From the NCBI GenBank assembly GCA_024346625.1, contig AP024664.1, positions 806,001-870,000 on the forward strand: 64,000 nt of DNA, written 5' to 3'. Source of the DNA: Williopsis jadinii (lineage: Eukaryota). Of this stretch, positions 55,201 through 64,000 are shown piece after piece (position 1 is the first letter of the stretch; each line of letters opens with the position of its first letter). The notes under the pieces are model-generated. The model did no database searches. It was not told where the DNA came from and saw nothing but the letters and a program-made list of their open reading frames with translations. Both the position numbers and the translations under genes were made by a program.

Positions 55201-57283
55201 TCAAACAATTGGACATGAAAAGCCTTTGCAATATATCCCGGATCAACATCAGCAGCCAAAACAAGGGAAACCCAAGACGATTTGTTAAGGCTTTGATGGT
55301 GAGCTGGAACAATAGCATCGCTCAGCTGAGAGAGCAGAACTTCTTCGTCCAAAGATTTATCACGGCTGGAAAAGACAGAAAGAACTGTTGTCAAGCGACC
55401 ATAAATCGGCTCAAGAATATTTTCATCTGCTGAACCTGCAAGAAGCTTCGACACACCAGCAATCAAAGAGTCACCAACGAACTTTTGATTTTTGATATAT
55501 GCATCTTGCAAAACATTCATGTTCAACTTTCTCACAGTAGAAGAAGAAGATTTTGCAATGGCGAAGGCAGAAAAGGCAACTCCAAAATCAGCGTTGGTAT
55601 CAGTGATATCCTCAGCAACAGAGCCCAGTGCTTTGATGAACCATTCCTTCTCATTATCAGTAGTGAATTTACTGTAAACACGAGAGTTTAGCAAGATGGA
55701 GGGTTTTTTCTCATCATCCACGAGAACTTTAGTAACAAGATCCTTTGAGTCAACGTCAGTCTTGAAGATCTTGGATACCACGAGTGTCACATATGGTACC
55801 ACAATAGCTTTGATATGAGTTGTTGGGTTGTTCAAGATCTCTGTAGATGCTGCGGACATTGTTGGGAAAACATTAATGATGAATGCTCTAAGTGGCTCAG
55901 TAACCTCAGAGGTTTCAAGGCGAGAGCCTAGGTTAGAGTACCAGGATTTTCTGAGCTGCAATTTGGTGTCCTTTAGACCATTCAACACCGCAGTTTTCGA
56001 TTCTTCACTAACATCCACATTGTGCACCAAAAGACCAACGAAATGTGCAAAGAAAGCATTCAGACCCGCATCAAGCGATGATTCATTTTGATCCTTAGAA
56101 ACCAGAGGAGTCAATGCAGAGATGATCTTGGCCGATGTCAGCTCCGAACATGGAACAAGGGATATAACCTTGTAGAAGAGAGTCTTGATATCAGCAGAAG
56201 AGATAGCTTTGAGGGATTTAGTCAGCTCATCGGAAAGTTTTGCCAATGTTTCATCAGAAGACTTGTAACGAACGATTACGACAAAATTGTTCAACGCGAG
56301 CGAACGAACATTCTCCTTGGACCCCTTTAGTGCTGAAATGATCTGAGTTAACAGCTTTGAGCCCACTAAGATCTCTGGAAGATCGACTGTTGACGATAGT
56401 GATCTAAATAGCTCCAATGATAAGGACCACGACACCTCAGAGGACCTGATGATAGCCTTCTCCAAAGATGGAACAATGGATGATTTCAGGACTTCACCAG
56501 AGACAAACTTTTCAAAAAAAGGAGCCATTGAGGGTAAATTTGCCACTGGAACTTTAGAACCGAGTACATCCTTTACAAATAGACCAATGATTGCAGTCTG
56601 GTCATTTGCAGAAAGGTCTCTTGACGCCAAAACGCCAAAGAGTGCAATGACTGGCTCAAGAGGCCCTTTGTATTCAGCAAGTACGGCGACAATTGATGAA
56701 ATTTGCTCGTCACTCAATGCAGAAATAGAAGATCTTGCAATGTTTGTAATTGATTTCCGTACCCTTTGTTTGTGCTTGTCATCAGCATCGGTTTGCTGAT
56801 GGTACAGAGAGTCGAAGATCTGCAATAGAGCGGTCACAACGTCGTTCAACACCTTGTCGAAAGAAGCTTCACGGGAGAACTTAACAACAATAGCAGTGAT
56901 GTATGTTGTTAGCAGATGGAGATCTTCGAATGCAATGGATCTGTACTTCGAAGTGAATTTCACAATGGCCTTAACAACCAATGGCAGAGATTCTGGTTTC
57001 AGCTCTACGGACTTGATAAGCAGCGCGGTTGTCAAGGTCAGACCGTTTGGGTCAGTCCAGTGTGTATAATGTCTCAGCAGCAACGCTTGAACACCATTGA
57101 TAGACTCATCAGTGGCGCTGGAGGACAAGTATGCCTCCAGAGACTTCAACTTCTCATCTCTGGTCTTACGAGACGTAAAGAGAAGATCTCTCTCCAGGTC
57201 AGCAGAGTAGTCTTTCCAATTTGACATCTGAGAGAGCTGTTAGTACGATATCGTAATAATGTGGATCATGGAGAACGCACCAT
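49209..57283 (-). CDS. GCN1: Gcn1, HEAT-repeat activator of the eIF2-alpha kinase Gcn2; probable join(57281..57283,49209..57227)
   Basis: 2672-aa HEAT protein with 'SWRSKKGSVELLGSMAY', 'FVHYIDGPSLAL', 'ITGPLIRVIGE' and 'LRPFIPQLQRTFVK'. The ATG-only first exon is less certain than the main ORF. Confidence 0.95.
57228..57280 (-). other. Probable GCN1 5' intron (53 nt)
   Basis: GTGCGT donor directly after an ATG, perfect TACTAAC (57239-57245), and a CTCTCTCAG acceptor immediately before the main ATG. Confidence 0.72.
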
Positions 57284-57466
57284 GCAACAGAGAAGCAATG
57301 AGTCTCGATGGATTTTCGTAGAACAACTTCACAACCGCTCAAAGAAGCAGAGCCAATGTCCTCCAAAACAGCATTTTTTTTCCACCACCGGTCTCGATGC
57401 AGTATAAGCGGCGACTACCGTGTGTTTGTGCTTTATGTCCAGATCCACCACGGAGGGAACGAAGCC

Positions 57467-57477
57467 TGAAAAATTTT
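57467..57477. promoter_or_regulatory. RRPE element TGAAAAATTTT upstream of GCN1
   Basis: Exact match to the RRPE consensus. Confidence 0.5.
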
Positions 57478-57799
57478 GCAACGTTGATACTTTCTTTTCT
57501 CTCCTTTTAACACTTCTAGAAGATCTTTACAACTATTACAGTCGATGATGATAGGTTATAGTTAAGTCATCCGTCGAAGTCTCTCAGCAGAAGCCACTCT
57601 TCATAGATAATTTTGTGGGGATGTGGTGGATTGCCGGGCGCTGTGGATTGCATCGTGGCCTTTTCACCACCTTATAGCGATGCTTCTTTCACCTACTGAG
57701 GCTGTTTAAAGTGTCAAACAAAAACAAGTAATAATGGCAACGGTAATACGTGCAATTGACCTATGTAGTGCTCATCTTTATGTGCCTTTTTTCGTGCTT

Positions 57800-59104
57800 T
57801 TACCAGCCTCTCCACGGGATCCACACGTCACAGACCTTATCATCAGCGTCGAGGATGTAGTAGGCATTGAAGGAATTGGCGGTGATGCAAGAATGGTTTG
57901 GTAGGATACGACACTTTGTGCCTATTGGGATTAACTGGGCGCCGTCTGGGGAACTTGGTCTCAAGATACCGTGTTCCTGCGACATGTGGTCGATGAACCA
58001 GTGGCCGTACTTTGGATCAGTCTCTACAACACCGAAGCCTGGATAATGACGCGCAACCTCTTTTGACATGGAGATGACGCCGGTGTTTGTGAGGAGTTCA
58101 CCAACCGGGTCGTTTCTACCGGGGTACTGTGAAATGACAGTACCAACAACCTTAGCAGCGATATTTTGTATGCCGATGCACCCGGTAGAGACTTGTTGCA
58201 AATCGCAAAACAGGAAGTTACCAGCGTGGAACTCCAACTGCGATTTTAGGCTCTTTTGAATCGCAACGATACGATCATTGGTCTTTTGGAAAACGTGATG
58301 ATCAAGCGAATGCGTCGTTGGGGTTGCACCAACGGACACGATCAGCTTGGATAGATCCGTAGAGGGACTAACCACCTCCAATTGGTCCAAACCTTTCTTG
58401 ATGGTCTCGAGCTCCTCCACCAGCGCAGCTTCGGCCTCTTCAATGCTATTAACGTTGTACGAGTGGCCAGAATGTACGTAGAACCCACGAAGTTCAACCC
58501 TTTCACATTCGCCAATCGCATTAATTACCTCTGTCAAATATGACGTATTTGCGATGCCGGCCCTGTTGGTACCAGCGTCGAGCTTAATCATCACGTTGAT
58601 CGGATCGAAGGGGGCATCGGATTTAAACTCTTCGATGGTCTTAACATGATCAACAGAGTCGATAAGCACGGTGAACACTTCAACTTTGCCACTCAGAGCT
58701 ATGATCTGGGCCAAACTCTCGCCTGTAACGTTTGGTAAGCCATAGACAATGTCGGTGACGATGCGTTGTCCCGTTCGATCTTGTTCGTCGACAACTGCCC
58801 ATGCCTCACGGAAAGTACTCACAACGATACTTGAATGTTTGGGGGCTTGATAGTTTGCCAAGTTGTAACCAAGTTGAAGCATGGTCCCTTCAAATGTCTT
58901 GTGGGTCTTAACATGGGCTCTAAATTTGGCGCCAGTAGCGGATACACGTTGCAGCATTCGAGTGCAGTTGGCCTCCACAGTTGGCAGCGACACAATCAAC
59001 GATGGTGTAGGAAGTGATTGCCATGGTTTCCCTTTGGTTTCAGATAGCAACAAGCCGCGTATGTCAGGCTGAGGAAAGGCGATGGAAGGGTTGATAAACG
59101 ACAT
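57800..59104 (-). CDS. DSD1: D-serine dehydratase (fold-type III PLP enzyme)
   Basis: 'LPTPSL', PLP-Lys motif 'FRAHVKTHKT', 'YVHSGHSY', 'SVGATPT', 'EFHAGN', 'SQEHG' and 'PNHSCIT'. ATG at 59104. Confidence 0.92.
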   Translation of the reverse strand: MSFINPSIAFPQPDIRGLLLSETKGKPWQSLPTPSLIVSLPTVEANCTRMLQRVSATGAKFRAHVKTHKTFEGTMLQLGYNLANYQAPKHSSIVVSTFREAWAVVDEQDRTGQRIVTDIVYGLPNVTGESLAQIIALSGKVEVFTVLIDSVDHVKTIEEFKSDAPFDPINVMIKLDAGTNRAGIANTSYLTEVINAIGECERVELRGFYVHSGHSYNVNSIEEAEAALVEELETIKKGLDQLEVVSPSTDLSKLIVSVGATPTTHSLDHHVFQKTNDRIVAIQKSLKSQLEFHAGNFLFCDLQQVSTGCIGIQNIAAKVVGTVISQYPGRNDPVGELLTNTGVISMSKEVARHYPGFGVVETDPKYGHWFIDHMSQEHGILRPSSPDGAQLIPIGTKCRILPNHSCITANSFNAYYILDADDKVCDVWIPWRGW

Positions 59105-62100
59105 GCTCACCGAGAAGAGTTGTACGTTTGTGAAAACAGATCCTGTGACTCTTTGTGTATGGTCCTAATAGCTTAAAAATAAGTTTGACTTTTTAATTGT
59201 GCAGCGAGCAAACGATCGTGGCTTTTGTAAAATTGGTTAAAGTTGACGAACCGTGTGAGTTTGAACCTCGGCGTTGCCTTGGTTAAGAAAATTCACCTAC
59301 GAGTTACCACCTAGTGAAGAGCGCCGTTGCAGCTTATCTCCGCGATTTGTCACCGTGACTTATCTATCAACCGAAGCCAGGTATCATGTATAGAACTGAT
59401 TGATGTATTACCTGAAAAGTTCGTGCTTGCTGGGGCCATCCACACACGGCGTTATAACTGATAACAGTCACATAGAGAGGGCGGTTTCAGAGCCAAAGTC
59501 ACACTAGGCATCAGTAGAAAATGTTTATATCGAAACGATGTGGACGTCAATTGGATGATTGGTACAGACTAAAGTTATGATCTCGTAACCTTTCCCCCTG
59601 ATCGTCCTTTTGCACAGCTGTAGCATTAAGTTAGAAGTGAGATATTCTGCATCACAAATAACTCTGTTTCAAGCTCTGCAGTGCTTTGAGCCAAAGTTCT
59701 GCTCCTGCAGAAGACCATATGCAATCTTGTTCCCATTGGTTAATCGTTCCAAAGTTAATTAGGAAGAAGTCTCGGACTATAGGCCAGCATTAAAAATATA
59801 CGTACGTATATGTTGTTTTATGGGAATACTATGCATAGGAGACATCTTTGAAGACATGTGGATCATTTGACAGCACAATTTCTGACTAATAATTTGACAT
59901 CATAGTAATATGAGGTAACCCCAGTGTTGCTGTGGTCACCCAATGGTTTGAAATCAAGCTTGGGACAGTCACAGAACATTAAAGACCCCCAATGGATATG
60001 TAAATAGATGTGCAAACGGTAACCTTTTTAAATGCGCACATTAACCTATGTGCTGATTCAGATTCCAGCCACTAATCACGACCTTTACTGCTTATATGTA
60101 TTTCCACGTATCATGTGTACTTGAAAGGATGTTTGCATGTCACCAAGAATTTTCTTTAGCTTTGATCTGGATGTGTGCTCAATTAATCACTACCAAAGAC
60201 CAACATCTAAAAGGTGAGGGCTCTAGATTCTAGAATTGGAACTTCTCATCGCCTGGAATCCAGACCAAAGATCATTGGGTGATTGCCGCTTACAAATTTA
60301 GACATCTAACAGGCATCTGCCATACACCACTGGCTATGTATAAGTGCTTGCAGTTTTTGAGATTAAGAGCGTCAGAGAAAATTGCCGATATTGCAACTTC
60401 TAATTCTGCAGAAGATACCATTTTCAGACGCAATGATCGTATATTGGGCAGTCAGTTTCTGTTTTCTTTCACCTTGGTTTGGCAACAAAATGATTGTATA
60501 CTTTGGGATAGAAGACGTTGGCGTTCATTATTGTACTACACCTATTCCTGAACTACGTGGGCACCGGAGTCCTGCCAAACCATATGGGTGATATACACTC
60601 AAAACCATAACACAAGATGCCAACCAGGCTACATATGCAATACAGCACAGGCGCTATGTTAATGCACTGCTTTTACGGGTCACGTATATATCGTATAGAA
60701 TGGTACCTCCTTGAGCTTTCGTTTAACAAATGGCCCAGTGAGCGTCGGCGAAGCGTCCATACCACAGAATGTTACATGTTTTCAAAGCAGGTCATTGACT
60801 GGTATTGGATATTCAGCAGGTCAAGAACACCGACACAGATCGAATAACTGGTTGGTCGATATCTTCCAAGCCATGTCAACCCATTATTCTTCAAAGAATA
60901 TCGATACGGGTTTCCTAGGGCTGTTTGACAAAACACTTATCGACTTAAATGTCATAGATGTATGGATGCCTTGTTTTCTTTTTCTCCTACTTTGGTGCGA
61001 AAAATATCTCTTCGCCATGCACTTCCATCAACTTTTCGATTATCATGCCTCGTCATAGACCATTATTTGCACGAATATGCAAGGAAGCTGCATATATTGG
61101 CTAGATAGTTACCACATTATCATACTGCTTCAAATTACCACAGGGTTTCTACCTATCATTACATCTTCGGGCCAGCTTGTGACAAGATAAAGCTTACGAA
61201 TTACAACCAAACTTCAGGATTGATAGAGTAGCTTATTGTATGTTTAACCCATAGAACCGATGATTTACATAGTTATACCTACTCATTTATGTATGAGTTA
61301 ACCTTCTGTTTGAGATCTAGTTTCATGCAGTGAATAAGCACCCAAATCTTGGCCCATCGCACAGACAACCATTTTAAATTATTGCTCAGCACAATCATGT
61401 TGTAGGTGATCTAAATCGAAACTTTGTTGTTGCAAATTTCGACACACACATATCGTCTTTCAGGTACAGTGGTGATAGTTTCCCTCCAGGGAACATGAAA
61501 CGTTGGATTATTGGGGTATGAAGTGTTCAGGTGGTTCTTTACAAGCCTAGTATATCATATTCGCTATTCATTCATTAGCCTGGGTTCACAAACCTCTGTG
61601 AGATGCACTTCAGCTGTAAGTTGTCAGTGTAAAATGCCAAGATATTACAAAACCTGAAAATGCATTGTGTAGGAATCCGAACAGAATTTTTGGTTATCGG
61701 CTAATCGAACCCATATTGTGGAGAGCCTTGACGCAGGTCAACGATGCCCATTTTTGTCTCCCTTAAATTTAGCATCCATTAATCCAACGGCAAATCATTT
61801 TATTTCAATGTCTAGTTTGATTTTGCTTGAGTGTCCAAAAGGCGGAAAGTTTTTTCAGTGCTAGGGGCTTACTTCATTTCAGTACAGCCCAGGAAACGGA
61901 GGACATTTCTTACGTCACACAAGAGCAAAGTCACTAGGTTCACAGAAGTTTACGCATTTCACAAAAGAAAACCTTTTTAATTTCCACATGGGAATGGGTA
62001 CCTCAACTGCACAACATGATGCTTGAAAACAGATAAAGCGTAGACGATCCTCGCACTCAGACTGATATAACTTGATGCCACAACCAATATATCCCACTTG

Positions 62101-64000
62101 CATGTAACCTCTACCACACAATAAGTTGTCGCGTTTTCTGATTATATAGACGAAGATAAAAAAAGAAGTAATACGGAAACATACTGAAGAGAGGATGATC
62201 TGAACAATCTGTTTTCTGGTATGCCTAGTATTACATTGCTCTTGTACATGGTTGCAACAAGCAGCATTTTTTCATTACAGAACTTGGTCCAAAAGTGCAT
62301 GCATGCGCCCACATACCATTTCTGCAATTGAACTTAAGGCAATAGCTATTGCCGTAGTAATGTTTTTGCAGAACTAATTACCTGGATTGTTGTTTGATTG
62401 AATCTCATTTTAATACTTAGCGCCCGCTCTAAAAGATCCAAGGGTGGCAAAGTCAGCTAATGAGTTCTATATTAAGGAATGTAAATATCACTTGTGTTCT
62501 GCCAAGCAACGGCGCTCTGAGAATGAAGCGCACCTTCTTGGTTTTGGACCACTCTGTGCAAACTTCAGATATGTCGTGAACTTTTTTGAATTATAGTTAA
62601 GATTAGTGGGCTCCCTCAAGCTCACACATGATATGAGAAGTAGTCCAATAACAACCTGACTTTAATACAACCCGAAATGTCAGCTGTTGACCAATAACTG
62701 TCGCTCTGAAACCCATAATGTGAAACTGCATCATTAATGGCGTCATCAGGGTATAGTGAATTTTGCATCTTGATAGTCAAACTGCAAGAGAATTGTACTC
62801 CGAAGTCTGATACTAACTGCTCCAGGATACTGTACACCATAGTTATTCCGTACGAGAAGTTAAGTACTAGGCTCATGAGGCGATAAGCAGATCCTTGCGT
62901 GTACATACTACAGGTACCCAATCCACAAGCAATCCCATGGTCCAAATTAGCACCATCACCAGGACAAAGAGTACCCCCAAACGCAATGTTTATCAGTTAT
63001 GTGTTTACCAAGAAAAGATGAACGGAAAACCTTGAGATGCTGTATCTGATTCGGCGATTACTGGGACAATCAGAGAGAAAAATTTGCCACGGCCTACAAA
63101 TCCACTTCCCTGTGACCGCTTCATAATATGACATGCACTATATATGGATCTTTCTTTGGTTAGAAGGAAATAAGGTTCAACAGTAATGTGCCTGTAATGC
63201 TCGGTAAAAGTTACAACTGAGAATTAAATCAGGCAGTAGCCAAAAGCTTCGCAAACAACTATACCAAAAAATAAAAATAAAACATATCGAGAAGAATGCA
63301 CATATTTTTCTCGCTGTTTCAACCACCACAGCTTTTCATTTCCTGATGCTTGCGTATATATACGATGACTTGGGGGAACCTTCTTAATTCGGTCCAATAC
63401 TTGATGCACAGGTACTGCAGATATGCGTCCTGTCTGCATGGCCCTAAACAACAAAAAGGTAAGGCAAAAGAAATGCACACTATTAAGGTAGATCCCGAAC
63501 GATCAACATTGTACTTTCAACTTCAAAATTCCAAGTGCCAAATAACAAGAAGTCAACAAAGATGATACATCAAAGCTTTTTGTGGACTCTCTTAGCCCGC
63601 TGGAGTTTTCCAGAACAAATTTTGCCCCACAAATCCCCGCCTCAACATACGAATTTGTAACCTTTTGAATAAAGTCATAGGATCATTACATAGACGCACG
63701 AGCTGGGCGCTTTGAAAGAGATGTCATCAGCGGCTAATGGTGTTTATAAAGCCCCCAAAATACCCACAGAAATTCAAACTGGATTTCTTCAGTTTCTATT
63801 TCACCTTCAAATCTTGGGAATTTCCTACTTCCATTTCACACATTTGGCGTCAATCCTTCGTCCTTACTTAGCACAGGTGCTGTTAATATTTGTTACAAAA
63901 AGTTGGTACTGTTACTATCATAGAGGCTGTTCTTCCATTTAACTCTCTGAAGAAGGATACAAAGAACGATATACTATAAACAACGAGGCACGGCGGTTAA

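Overview
Budding-yeast (Saccharomycotina) chromosomal DNA. CTG reads as Leu in conserved positions (e.g. SLA1 'LLYLL'), so the standard code applies and this is not a CUG-Ser species. Short TACTAAC-type introns and a SOD6-like gene are compatible with a non-Saccharomycetaceae yeast; that placement is inference only. About 20 protein-coding genes are supported. The left ~9 kb is a compact accessory cluster: a 5'-truncated Ppr1/UaY/Stb5-like fungal transcription factor, a ketopantoate-reductase-family protein, an atypical sarcosine/fructosyl-amine/pipecolate-oxidase-family flavoprotein, a DHA1 exporter and a DAL5-family importer. All three promoter regions serving the four structural genes carry the identical 10-mer GGAAGTTTCC plus GATAAG sites, which suggests a self-regulated, nitrogen-catabolite-repressed utilisation pathway for an unknown substrate. 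This is the best candidate for an undescribed system. The rest is mostly housekeeping: a PHO87/90-like transporter, UBP8 (2 introns), CWC24, HIR1 (1 intron), MSG5-like phosphatase, GDH2, peroxisomal SCP2, SOD6-like Cu-only SOD, ISA1, FRA1, SLA1, MDS3, an EFG1/SOK2-type APSES factor, GCN1 (probable ATG-intron-ATG start) and DSD1. A ~4.9 kb stretch with no recognisable gene follows. Notable non-coding features are a 28-bp perfect palindrome near Pho4 and X-box sites, and a 5x14-bp telomere-core/Rap1-like array. No tRNA, rRNA, CRISPR or recognisable transposon was seen. All calls come from reading the sequence; no database searches were run.
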